This document shows, piece after piece, positions 8,994 to 20,492 of a stretch of 64,000 bases of DNA. The translations under genes were made by a program, and so were the position numbers. Origin of the DNA: Myxococcales bacterium. Its GTDB lineage: Bacteria > Myxococcota_A > UBA9042 > JABWCM01 > BTVJ01. The notes below the pieces were generated by a model. The model saw only the letters and a program-made list of their open reading frames with translations, ran no database searches and was not told the origin of the DNA. The first letter of the stretch is position 1, and each line of letters begins with the position of its first letter. Where the stretch lies: positions 241,221 to 305,220 of the forward strand of contig BTVJ01000002.1 in the NCBI GenBank assembly GCA_045863395.1, given 5' to 3'.

Positions 8994-10031
8994 TCACGGG
9001 AGCGAGGGCGCCGAACCGGCAGGGCCGGACACCCGCGCGTGTCCCACGTGGTCGGCGAGGTGTGTGAGGATGTTCCCCCCGACCGCCCACACACCGCCGG
9101 ACTCGTCCGCGCGGATCGCGTGGAGGGCGTGGCGCGGCAGGAGGTCACTCCCGATGGTCCACTGGGTGCCGTCGAGCCGCGCAGTGAACCCGTCGAGGCC
9201 GGAGATCCACACCGGGAGCCCGGGAGCCGTGAAGACCCCCTGCAGGAGCGATGGGGCCTCCGCCGGGAGCGGGACCTCGGTCCAGGTGGCGCCATCCCAA
9301 TGGACCAGGGCCGCAGCGCCGAGCCCTCCGACCACCCAGACGTCGTCGGGACCCCGCCCGGTCACCGTGAAGTAGATGGTGCTCCCCAGGCCGGCGTCGT
9401 GGGCCTCCCAGGTCGCGCCGTCCCACCGCAGGATGGTCCCCGCCGCGCCGACCACCCAGACGTCCGTGGGGCCGCTCCCCCAGACCTTGAAGAGGTTCTT
9501 CTGGGCGGACGCGGGCTTGCCCGCGAGGGGCGGGACGTCGACCCGCGTCCAGGCGGCCCCGTCCCACCGCATCACCACGTCGCCCTCCTGCTCCGCCGCT
9601 GGCGCGTCCATCGAGACGCCCCCCACGGCCCACACGTCGTCCGGCGTGCTCCCCCAGACACCGTACAGTGTGGTCCCGGACGCGCCCGTGTCGTCCACGG
9701 TCCACGAGGTGCCACCCCACCGGGCCACCACCCCCCGGTCGCCGCACACGAAGACCTCACCCCCGGAGAACCCGTGGACCCACCAGAGCTGCACGTCGAC
9801 CCCAGGCGGGTCGAGCCGCTCCCAGGTCGCCCCGTCGCTGCGCAGCACGACCCCGCGTCCGGACTCACCGCCGACGATCCACACGGTGTCGCCGCCCGTC
9901 CAGATGCTGAGCAGCGCGCCGTCGGCGTAGTCGTCGGACAGAGAGCGCCAGTCGAGGGCGCTGTCGGGTGGAGCCTCAGCCCCGGAGCTGCACGCGGACA
10001 GCACCACCACCAGGAAGAGCGCACGGGTCAT
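8994..10031 (-). CDS. Beta-propeller-like repeat lipoprotein
   Basis: Lipobox LSAC; repeats of VWGSxPxDVWxVG...RWDGxxW. Confidence 0.8.
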   Translation of the reverse strand: MTRALFLVVVLSACSSGAEAPPDSALDWRSLSDDYADGALLSIWTGGDTVWIVGGESGRGVVLRSDGATWERLDPPGVDVQLWWVHGFSGGEVFVCGDRGVVARWGGTSWTVDDTGASGTTLYGVWGSTPDDVWAVGGVSMDAPAAEQEGDVVMRWDGAAWTRVDVPPLAGKPASAQKNLFKVWGSGPTDVWVVGAAGTILRWDGATWEAHDAGLGSTIYFTVTGRGPDDVWVVGGLGAAALVHWDGATWTEVPLPAEAPSLLQGVFTAPGLPVWISGLDGFTARLDGTQWTIGSDLLPRHALHAIRADESGGVWAVGGNILTHLADHVGHARVSGPAGSAPSLP

Positions 10032-10045
10032 GAGTTGCCTCGGGG

Positions 10046-10501
10046 TCAGGGATGCGCACACACGCCATCGTGGCCCCCGTCACAGGAGGCGTGACAGGAC
10101 GCACACGCGGAGAGTGTACCGGACTGGAGCACGTCCAGTGAGGGGGAGAGCTCCTGCCACTCCCAGGTGGGTGCCGTGGTGGGTCGCCTCATGGCCGTGA
10201 GGCGGACGAGGCTCTTGCACTGTTCGTCCGCGTACTCGGGCTTCACCAGGACGGCGCCTTCGGGGAAGGGCTCCTTGCGCTCCTGGTACGCGGTCTTCGC
10301 TCCGGGGCTGGCGAGGACGCGGATGTAGCTCAGATCGTGCTCGATGCTGTGGCGACAGTCCCGGACCTCGGGCCACCCATCGAGGTCTCCCGTGCTGACG
10401 AAGGCCGCTGCCTGCTCGCCGCTCGGGGATCCCTCGTGCGACCCCTCTGCCTCGCACGCTGCCAGGGTGAGCGCCCCCAGGACCCAACGCGTCCACCTCA
10501 T
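10046..10501 (-). CDS. Cytochrome P460-family lipoprotein
   Basis: Lipobox LAAC; FPEGAVLVKPEY, TAMRR, WEWQ, C-terminal CASCH heme motif. Confidence 0.75.
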   Translation of the reverse strand: MRWTRWVLGALTLAACEAEGSHEGSPSGEQAAAFVSTGDLDGWPEVRDCRHSIEHDLSYIRVLASPGAKTAYQERKEPFPEGAVLVKPEYADEQCKSLVRLTAMRRPTTAPTWEWQELSPSLDVLQSGTLSACASCHASCDGGHDGVCAHP

Positions 10502-11808
10502 CAGGGAGCCCTGAGCACCCGGATGCGGTGGTTGTGGGTATCGGCGATGTAGAGGTTCCCCTTGGAGTCCAGGGTGACCCCATAGGGGCGGTCGAGGAGC
10601 GCCTCCGTAGCGGGTCCCCCGTCGCCCTGGAAGCCACGCTTCCCGCACTGGCCTGCGACGGTGGTGATGCCCCCCGCCGCGTCCACCTTGCGCACGCAGT
10701 TGTTGTCCGTGTCCGCGATGTAGAACGAGCCGTCGGAGGCGAGCGCCACGTCCGTCGGTCGCTTGAGCTTGGCCTTCGTCGCGGGGCCGCCGTCTCCGCC
10801 GTAGCCGCCCGTGTAGGCCGGATCGTAGGAGTCGGGGCCGCTGCCCGCCACCGTCCGCACCGCTCCCTGGGCGTCCACGATCCGGACCCGGTGGTTGCCC
10901 GTGTCGCAGAAGTACAGCGTATCGTCCGCGCCCATCTCCATGCGCCCAGTGGGCGGCGCGGACTGGCTGAAGGGCAGGTACATCATGGACCCGAGGGCCG
11001 GCCCCCCGTCGCCGCTGTAGCCCTGGGGCTTGGGGGGCTTCTGGGGCTCGCAGGCGGGGTTGTCGGCGGCATCCGCCTTGCAGACCTTGCAGGTCTCGAC
11101 TCCGGCCTCGGTGGCGCAGACCTTCACGTGGGTCGGCGGGAGCCAGTCCTTGTCCGGCCCCACGATGGTCACCAGCGTCCCATCCTGCTCGACGCGCCTG
11201 ACCCGCTGGTTTGCCTGATCCATGATCAGGAGCCGCCCCGCCGAGTCGAAGGCCGTGGCAACGGGGAGATCCAGCACGGCGTCTTTGGCTGGGCCTCCGT
11301 CGCCGGCGAAGTCGCGGCCGCCGGTCCCGCAGACGCCCTCGATGGTGCCGGTCGCCGGGTCGAAGCGCATGACCTTCGAGTTGTGCCAGGCGGAGATGAA
11401 GACCTTGCCTGCGCTGTCGAAGGACACATGGGTCGGGTGGTTGAGCGAGGTCTCCGCGGCGGGGCCGTCCGGGGCGTCCCCCAGATAGCCAGTCCCGATG
11501 ACGGTCTCGACGACGCCATCGCGCACGACGCGGATGCGGTGGTTGTTCCAGTCGACCACGTAGGGCGTGCCGTCCGGACCGAAGGTCAGGTCCTGCGGCA
11601 GGTACAGGAGCACCTCGAAGGGCTCCACGCCGTCATGCCCGAGCCCGGCCTTGCCGCGCCCCATGAACGTGCAGATCACGCCCGGCGACTGACACTCCGC
11701 CGCGGTCGACGGGACGCCCCCGAGCTCGTCGGCGGGCGCCGCGTCATCCCCCTCGCAGCCTGCCAGCACCGCGGGAAACACCAATGCACCCATCAGGAGT
11801 CGTCTCAT
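10501..11808 (-). CDS. NHL-repeat lipoprotein
   Basis: Lipobox LAGC; repeated GDGGPA...P..YIADTxNHRIR. Confidence 0.9.
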   Translation of the reverse strand: MRRLLMGALVFPAVLAGCEGDDAAPADELGGVPSTAAECQSPGVICTFMGRGKAGLGHDGVEPFEVLLYLPQDLTFGPDGTPYVVDWNNHRIRVVRDGVVETVIGTGYLGDAPDGPAAETSLNHPTHVSFDSAGKVFISAWHNSKVMRFDPATGTIEGVCGTGGRDFAGDGGPAKDAVLDLPVATAFDSAGRLLIMDQANQRVRRVEQDGTLVTIVGPDKDWLPPTHVKVCATEAGVETCKVCKADAADNPACEPQKPPKPQGYSGDGGPALGSMMYLPFSQSAPPTGRMEMGADDTLYFCDTGNHRVRIVDAQGAVRTVAGSGPDSYDPAYTGGYGGDGGPATKAKLKRPTDVALASDGSFYIADTDNNCVRKVDAAGGITTVAGQCGKRGFQGDGGPATEALLDRPYGVTLDSKGNLYIADTHNHRIRVLRAP

Positions 11809-11815
11809 GGTTCAC

Positions 11816-12964
11816 CTACAGCCTTACGCGGCGAATGCGGTGGTTCTCGGAGTCTGCGATGTAGAGGAAGCCGTCGTGGAAGGCGAAGCCCGTCGGCCGG
11901 TTGAGGGCGGCGGCCGTCGCTGGCCCGCCGTCCCCGGAGAACGCCGCCGTACCGTTGCCCGCCACCGTGTCGATGAGCCCCGACTTCAGGTCGAGGGCAC
12001 GCACCCGGTGGTTGCGCTCGTCGGCGATGTAGAGGCGCCCGTCGGGCCCGAACGCGAGCTTGCGCGGGTTGTTCAGCTTGGCCTCGGTCGCCTTGCCGCC
12101 GTCGCCGCCATAGCCCGCGTCTCCGGTCCCCGCGACCGTCTCGATGAGGTCCTTGTCCAGGTCGACGCGCCGCACGCGGTGGTTCAGGACGTCGGCGAAG
12201 TAGATGCGCCCCTCGCCGTCGATGGCCAGGCCCCCGCCGGGCTGCGGGTTGGTCCCGAAGGGCTGCTGCATCTTGGCCTGCAGGGGCGGCCCGTCGTCTC
12301 CCTCGTAGCCCTTCTGTTTGGGCGTGCCGGCCACCGTCGAGACCACGTCGTCCGTGCCGATACGCCGGATGATCTGGTTGCGCTGGTCCAGGATGAACAG
12401 GGCGCCGTCCTTCGCCAGGGCCGCCTGGATGGGCTGGTCGAGCAGGGCCTTGGTCGCGGGCCCACCGTCCCCCGCGAAGCCCGCCGGACCGCCGCAGGTC
12501 ACGCGCACCTTGCCCGTCGCCGGATCGTAGCGGCGCAGCTTGTGGTTGTGCCAGGACACGAGCAGCATGCTGCCGTCCGGCAGGGGGAGGAGCTGCGTCG
12601 GGTGGTTGAGCGTGACCGCCGTCCCGTCGGCTCCGGCGGGGGTCAGGTCCGACTTGTCCTCGGGGCCGTCGCCCACGAAGTCCGTACCGATGACGGTCTC
12701 CAGGGTCCCCGCCGCCGTGACCCGCCTCACGCGGTGGTTGTTCCAGTCGAGGATGTAGGCATCGCCGGCCTCCGTGAAGGTCAGGTCGATGGGCCAGTAG
12801 AAGTCGGAGGCGAGCAGCGCGTGGCCGTCGCCGTCGTAGGCCGCCTCTCCCGTGCCGGCCCACGTGCAGATGGTCCCGGAGGTGTCCGGGCACGTCGCGT
12901 CTTCGTCGGCGCCGCAGGCAGCGAGCATCGCGGCGAGCGCCACGGCGGTCAGGGTTCGTTTCAC
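11816..12964 (-). CDS. NHL-repeat lipoprotein (paralogue)
   Basis: Lipobox LAAC; GDGGPAT / YIADxxNHRVR repeats; AGGAG RBS before GTG. Confidence 0.9.
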   Translation of the reverse strand: MKRTLTAVALAAMLAACGADEDATCPDTSGTICTWAGTGEAAYDGDGHALLASDFYWPIDLTFTEAGDAYILDWNNHRVRRVTAAGTLETVIGTDFVGDGPEDKSDLTPAGADGTAVTLNHPTQLLPLPDGSMLLVSWHNHKLRRYDPATGKVRVTCGGPAGFAGDGGPATKALLDQPIQAALAKDGALFILDQRNQIIRRIGTDDVVSTVAGTPKQKGYEGDDGPPLQAKMQQPFGTNPQPGGGLAIDGEGRIYFADVLNHRVRRVDLDKDLIETVAGTGDAGYGGDGGKATEAKLNNPRKLAFGPDGRLYIADERNHRVRALDLKSGLIDTVAGNGTAAFSGDGGPATAAALNRPTGFAFHDGFLYIADSENHRIRRVRL

Positions 12965-12988
12965 GCTCCTACCTCTCCTTGGAGCCGT

Positions 12989-13525
12989 TCACAGCTCCTC
13001 CGCGCACGTCAGGTCGTATCCAAGGGCGGTCACGGCGCCCGCTGGAGCGCAGTGATGCTCGTGACAATGGATGCAGGTCTGAGGGGAACCATCCTCGAGG
13101 ACCTTCAGGGTCGTGTCCAGCTTCTGCCACCGCCAGTCGCCGCTGTCGGGTGCGTACCCCGCCGGCTCCTTGCGCATCGCGGTGTAGCCGACAAGCATCG
13201 TGCACGCGTCGTCGTCGTACTCCGCCTTGACCAGGATCGCTCCGACGGGGTAGGGCACCTCTGCTGACAGGCGCGCATAGGGCTCCTTCGCGAGGTCGTT
13301 GACGAGGACGCGGATGTGGTTCAGCTCGTGCTCGTGGCTGTGCCGGCAGTCGCGCAGCTCGGTGTACTGCGTGGCGAAGGCCGCCGGGAACACCGCGCTG
13401 GTCTCTGCGGCAGAGACCGCGGTTGGCTCGTCGCAGCTCGTCACCAGCATGAGCGCCACCAGGGCAGACCTTGACGGCAAAGACAGCCTCTGCACCGCCG
13501 GGCGGCGCTCCGATAGGGGACGCAT
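12989..13525 (-). CDS. Cytochrome P460-family lipoprotein (paralogue; start uncertain)
   Basis: VTSC lipobox; YPVGAILVKAEY, TAMRKEPAGY, GDWRW, CIHCH. Confidence 0.75.
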   Translation of the reverse strand: MRPLSERRPAVQRLSLPSRSALVALMLVTSCDEPTAVSAAETSAVFPAAFATQYTELRDCRHSHEHELNHIRVLVNDLAKEPYARLSAEVPYPVGAILVKAEYDDDACTMLVGYTAMRKEPAGYAPDSGDWRWQKLDTTLKVLEDGSPQTCIHCHEHHCAPAGAVTALGYDLTCAEEL

Positions 13526-13609
13526 TTGGTCCGCGATAGACCCAATCATACCCGTTCGAACGTCGCGGTCAATAGGGTGGAACGGAGCCTCGCCGGTGGC
13601 CCCGTGCTC

Positions 13610-13999
13610 CTACGGGATGACCTGCTGCAGGCAGAGCTTCTGGGTGCCGCCCTTGAGGGCGCACAGCACGCAGTAGGGACCCTTGGGGTCGTCGGGCGTC
13701 GGGACCTTGAAGCAGGTGTCGCCGCTCTTCAGCAAGGAGTCCGTGAGCTTCGCGGCGCAGAAGTCATGGAGGGACTGAGGGATGGTCTTCGAGTCCGCCA
13801 GCCCCACGCAGCTCGACGCGGGGAGGGGCTGGAGCGCGTCTTTGGGCGGGAGGTCGCCCGGCCCGATGACCTGTCCCGTGTCCGCCGGCGCAGGCCCGGT
13901 GTCGGCGACGACGGCGGTGTCCGTCCCCCCTGAGTCGCCGGCGCTGTCACAGGATCCGGATGACACCAGGAGCGCAAGCCCCCACAGAATACCCCTCAT
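13610..13999 (-). CDS. Small exported Cys-containing protein
   Basis: Signal or lipoprotein N-terminus, Pro/Asp linker, 6-Cys C-terminal domain. Confidence 0.6.
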   Translation of the reverse strand: MRGILWGLALLVSSGSCDSAGDSGGTDTAVVADTGPAPADTGQVIGPGDLPPKDALQPLPASSCVGLADSKTIPQSLHDFCAAKLTDSLLKSGDTCFKVPTPDDPKGPYCVLCALKGGTQKLCLQQVIP

Positions 14000-14017
14000 G
14001 GTCCCTCTTGGCGGAGA

Positions 14018-17000
14018 TCAGTTGCAGCTTGTGCCGCACGCCTGGCAGTAGAGGACGCACAGGTCGTCCCACATGGTGGTGCAGCACGCCCCGTCCCAGT
14101 CGTTGCAGACGCAGCTCTGGCACGAGCAGCCGCCGCACCCTGGAGTCACCTTGGGCGTGCAGCCAGCACTTCCGCCGCCGCAGCTGGTCCCGCAGTCCTT
14201 GCACGCCTGGACGCACTGGCTGTCCCAGAGCACCCCGCAGCACTCGGGGAAGACGCTGCACACGCAGGGCTCGCAGGCGCATCCGCAGCAGCTCGCGCCG
14301 CTGTCCGGCAGGCCGCTCTTGATGCCGACGGAGCAGCCGTCGGGGCTGCACCCGGGGCAGTTGCCGCAGTCCTGCTTGCAGTTGCCGCACATCTCGCCGA
14401 GCGCGCTGTCGCACACCCCGTTGCCGCAGCAGACGCCGCAGTCCTGCGGGCAGTTCTGGCAGTTGTCCGTGGGGGCGTCGCACACCCCGTTGCCGCAGCA
14501 GACGCCGCAGTCCTGCGGGCAGGAGCCGCAGGACTCGTCCCCGAGGCACGTGCCGTCGCCGCAGCACTCCCCGCAGTCGGCGTAGCAGTTGGTGCAGTTC
14601 TCGCCGGTGCTGCACACCCCATCTCCGCACGCCGCCGCGACGCCCTCGCAGCCGAACTGGCAGACCACCTGGCAGGCCTGGCTGCACTGGGAGTCCCACT
14701 CGTTGTTGCAGCAGTAGGGGTCGTGGGCGCAGACGCAGTCCTCGCAGGAGCAGTCGGCGCACCCGGCCCCCTTGAGGTTCTCCAGGCAGCCGAGGCCGCC
14801 CGACTGGCCGCCGCAGCCCATGCCGCACTGGCCGCACAGCTCGCCGCACGCCAGGTCCCACGCGACCGTACAACAGTAGGGGCTCTGGGCACACACGCAG
14901 TCCTCGCAGTAGGCCGTGCCGCAGCCAGGCAGCGTGGTCTCGTCGCAGCCGAGGGTGCACTGGCAGGGGCCGCAGTCCTGGCCGCAGTTGACGCAGCTCT
15001 CGCCCGCCGCCTTGTTGCACTGGCCGTCGCCGCAGCAGCTCCCACAGTCCGCGGGGCAGGTCGTGCAGGTCTCGCCGCCGATGCTGCAGATGCCGTCGCC
15101 GCACGTGGGCGTCGCCCCTTCGCAGTCGTAGCCGCACTGGCTACCCTGGCACCGGGCCACGCAGGAGGCGTCCCAGGCGAAGTCGCAGCAGAAGTTGTCC
15201 CAGTAGCAGACGCACGTCTGGCAGGCGCAGTTGCCGCACCCCTTCTTGGTGCTCGGGAAGCATCCGGTGCCGCCGCTCTCGGCGTCGCAGTTGTAGCCGC
15301 ACTTCGTCTTGCTCTTGCACAGGGTCACGCAGTCGTTGTCCCACGCAGTGAGCACGCAGAAGGGGTCGTAGGTCTGCACGCAGGCCTGGCACCCGCACCC
15401 GTCGCAGCCTGCCGAGGGGCTCGTCGTGCACCCGTTCGTGGCCGCGCAGGGGCCACAGTCGGCCTGGCACTCGATGCAGTCCTCGCCGGCCTCGCACACT
15501 CCGTTGCCGCAGCACCCGGGGCAGTCTGCGGGGCAGGAGGCGCACGTCTCGCCCTGGTTGCAGGCCCCGTCCCCACAGGCGGGCTGGATGCCGCCGGGGC
15601 ACGTGAAGCCGCAGCTCCCCTTGCAGAGGTTGACGCAGTGGGTGTCCCACAGCGCCGTGCAGCACAGCGGGTCGACACCACACACGCACTGCTCGCACGC
15701 GCAGTCCGCGCAGCCCGTCCCGGGCTGGGTGTTGGTCAGGCAGCCGATGCCGCCGCTCTCGCCGGTGCAGGACTTTCCGCAGTCAGAGGCGCACTCGTCG
15801 GCGCACTGGGCGTCCCACTGGATGTTGCAGCAGATGGGGTCGAGGGCGCAGACGCAGCTCTCGCAGGCGCAGCCCCCACAGCCGGGCGCCTGGGAGGTGG
15901 TGCAGCCGTTGGACAGCGTGCAGGTCCCGCAGTCGCTCGGACAGGTGGCGCAGGTCTCGCCGTTGTCACAGGCCCCGTTGCCGCAGCAGCTCCCGCAGTC
16001 GGCCGCGCAGGTCGCGCAGGACTCGCCGGGCTGGCAGCCACCGTCGCCGCAGGTTGGCGTGAAGCCGTCGCACTCGAAGCCGCAGGGACCGTCGCACAGC
16101 GCGGCGCACGCAGCGGTCCAAGCGCCCGTACAGCAGGCGGGCATGTTGTCGCACACGCACTGCTCGCAGCCGCAGTCGCCGCAGCCTGGTCCTGCCTTGG
16201 CGCCGCACCCGAGGCCCCCATCCTCGCGGTCACAGGCCTGCCCGCAGTCCTCCGCGCAGGCGAAGGAGCAGGCGCCGTCCCAGGCGACGGCGCAGCAGAA
16301 GGGGTCGCTGCCGCACACACACTCCTCGCAGCCACAGCCCTCGCACCCCGCTGCGCCCGCGGGGAGGCAGCCGTCGGACGGAGCGCACGAGAAGCCGCAG
16401 TCCGCGGCGCAGCTCGCGACGCAGGCGCCGTCCCAGGCGACCACGCAGCAGAAGGGGTTCTTCTCGCAGACGCAGCCCTCGCAGCCGCACCCCTGGCAGC
16501 CTGGGGCCTCGGAGACCAGGCAGCCGAGCCCGCCGTCGCAGCCGGCGCCGCAGGTCGAGCCGCACAGGGCGACGCACTTGGAGTCCCACGAGTTGGTGCA
16601 GCAGTACGGGTCGATGGCGCACACGCAGGACTCGCAGCCACACCCGCCGCAGCCGGGCGCTGCGGAGACCGTACACCCCTCGCCGGCGCCGCACTGGTTG
16701 GCGCCGCCGACGCAGCTTCCGGTGACGCACTGGTCCGGGCCCGTGCAGGGGTCACCGTCGCTGCAGTCGTCGACGACGCCGGTACAGTCGTTGTCGATGC
16801 CGTCGCAGAGCTCTGGCGCGCCCACGTAGATGGTCGGGTCCTTCGGGGCGCAGTCGATCCCGTCCGGGTTGCCGTCGTTGTCGTCGTCGGGGTCGCAGGA
16901 GTCGAGGTAGTGGTCGCCGTCGAAGTCCGACTCGGGAGCGTATGGCAGCTTGAGCGCCCGGATGATCAGCGCCTGCACGTCGATGACGTTGAGCGCGTTG

Positions 17001-17251
17001 TCGCAGTTGATGTCCGCCTCGACGACGGTCGCCTGGAGGCAGGTCGGCGTGCTCGTCGCCTGCCCGCCGGCGCTCCACAGCGCGAGGATGATCTCGCACT
17101 GGACGTCGACCACGTTGGTCAGCCCGTCCTTGGTGATGTCCCCGGCGGGTACGAGGAGCGCCCGGGCGTCACCAGGGGCCGCCGAGACCGCGGCCGCCAC
17201 GAGCGCGGTGATGAGCATGCCCCGATGGCGCGGGCGATGAGCGACCTGCAT
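14018..17251 (-). CDS. Large Cys-rich exported protein: dockerin-like domain, MopE-type motif, tandem Cys repeats
   Basis: Signal peptide; [15 protein letters not shown] and [14 protein letters not shown] pair; [13 protein letters not shown]; 12 CxxCVC..P.CC...WD..C units; GGAGGA RBS. Confidence 0.8.
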   Translation of the reverse strand: MQVAHRPRHRGMLITALVAAAVSAAPGDARALLVPAGDITKDGLTNVVDVQCEIILALWSAGGQATSTPTCLQATVVEADINCDNALNVIDVQALIIRALKLPYAPESDFDGDHYLDSCDPDDDNDGNPDGIDCAPKDPTIYVGAPELCDGIDNDCTGVVDDCSDGDPCTGPDQCVTGSCVGGANQCGAGEGCTVSAAPGCGGCGCESCVCAIDPYCCTNSWDSKCVALCGSTCGAGCDGGLGCLVSEAPGCQGCGCEGCVCEKNPFCCVVAWDGACVASCAADCGFSCAPSDGCLPAGAAGCEGCGCEECVCGSDPFCCAVAWDGACSFACAEDCGQACDREDGGLGCGAKAGPGCGDCGCEQCVCDNMPACCTGAWTAACAALCDGPCGFECDGFTPTCGDGGCQPGESCATCAADCGSCCGNGACDNGETCATCPSDCGTCTLSNGCTTSQAPGCGGCACESCVCALDPICCNIQWDAQCADECASDCGKSCTGESGGIGCLTNTQPGTGCADCACEQCVCGVDPLCCTALWDTHCVNLCKGSCGFTCPGGIQPACGDGACNQGETCASCPADCPGCCGNGVCEAGEDCIECQADCGPCAATNGCTTSPSAGCDGCGCQACVQTYDPFCVLTAWDNDCVTLCKSKTKCGYNCDAESGGTGCFPSTKKGCGNCACQTCVCYWDNFCCDFAWDASCVARCQGSQCGYDCEGATPTCGDGICSIGGETCTTCPADCGSCCGDGQCNKAAGESCVNCGQDCGPCQCTLGCDETTLPGCGTAYCEDCVCAQSPYCCTVAWDLACGELCGQCGMGCGGQSGGLGCLENLKGAGCADCSCEDCVCAHDPYCCNNEWDSQCSQACQVVCQFGCEGVAAACGDGVCSTGENCTNCYADCGECCGDGTCLGDESCGSCPQDCGVCCGNGVCDAPTDNCQNCPQDCGVCCGNGVCDSALGEMCGNCKQDCGNCPGCSPDGCSVGIKSGLPDSGASCCGCACEPCVCSVFPECCGVLWDSQCVQACKDCGTSCGGGSAGCTPKVTPGCGGCSCQSCVCNDWDGACCTTMWDDLCVLYCQACGTSCN

Positions 17252-17586
17252 GGATCCTCCTCGGGCGAGCCTGGTTGTCGGCGCCGCCCCCCATCTTCGC
17301 CCATGGGCGGGCGAAGTCAACGCCGGATTTCATCGCGGCGGTTCACCAGGCGGCTCCGGCCACCCCAGGTCCGGGGGCGCACGGGAGCGGGCGACGACTT
17401 TCGTGTTGACTCGCAGGCCCCAAACCTGTAAACGGCCCGCGCCGAACCCGGAGGCTCACCTCGGCCCCCCAGCGGGATGCCTCGGGTCGGACCGAGCCGG
17501 CGCGATGACGTGCCACAGAGGCCGGACCCGGACACGCCGGGCACACGGCGCCGGGCCGCAGGACGGGGACCCAGAACGGAAACGCA

Positions 17587-19668
<2,082 letters not shown>

Positions 19669-19684
19669 GGAAGGAGTGAGCGCC

Positions 19685-20392
19685 ATGTACAGCCAGAAGT
19701 TCAGCGAGCGCAGCCCGCTGCGGGTGCTCGAGAAGTCCATCCACGGCGGTCTGGGGAGCGGCAACGTGGGCGTCGTCGTGTCCCGGGCGGGCATCGGCAA
19801 GACCGCGTGCCTCGTCCAGATCGGCATCGACTCCCTGATCCGGGACCGCAACGTCCTGCACGTGAGCCTCCACGACTCCGTGATCCACGTTCGCACGTGG
19901 TACGACGAGCTGCTCCAGGAGTTCGCCCGGGCCATCGGGGAGGTGGAGTTCCCCAAGACGCACCGCTCGGACATCGAGCGGTCGCGCCACATCCACACCT
20001 ACCGGGATCACAGCTTCTCGGTAGAGAAGTTGCGCGAGGGGGTCCGCTTCCTCGAGGCGCATGCCCACTTCACGCCCGACACGATCATCCTGGACGGCTT
20101 CGACTTCGCCTCGGCGACGGCGGAGCAGATCGAGACCCTCGGCGCCGTGGCGAAGGAGAGCAACGCCGAGCTGTGGGCCAGCGCGCTGTCGCACCGCCAC
20201 CAGCCCGTGGATCACCCCCGGGGGATCCCGCTGCCCGTCTCCACCTTCGAGAGCCAGATCTCGGTGGTCATGTTCCTGGAGCCGAGCAACGGAAGCGTCC
20301 AGGTCCGGATCCTGAAGGACCACGACAACCCTGACGTCTCGGGGCTTCACCTCCTCCTCGACAAGCGCAGCTTCCTGATCCAGCAGGCGTAG
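19685..20392 (+). CDS. RecA/KaiC-like P-loop protein
   Basis: HGGLGSGNVGVVVSRAGIGKT Walker A, IILDG Walker B; AAGGAG RBS. Alternative ATG at 19661. Confidence 0.75.
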   Translation: MYSQKFSERSPLRVLEKSIHGGLGSGNVGVVVSRAGIGKTACLVQIGIDSLIRDRNVLHVSLHDSVIHVRTWYDELLQEFARAIGEVEFPKTHRSDIERSRHIHTYRDHSFSVEKLREGVRFLEAHAHFTPDTIILDGFDFASATAEQIETLGAVAKESNAELWASALSHRHQPVDHPRGIPLPVSTFESQISVVMFLEPSNGSVQVRILKDHDNPDVSGLHLLLDKRSFLIQQA

Positions 20393-20492
20393 GCAGCCGC
20401 CAGCCGCCAGCCTTCGGCGTTCCGCCACCAGTCACCTGCAAGCCTTCGGCGAGCCGCCAACAGCGCGTCGCGGCGCGCTGAGCGCTCCACGG

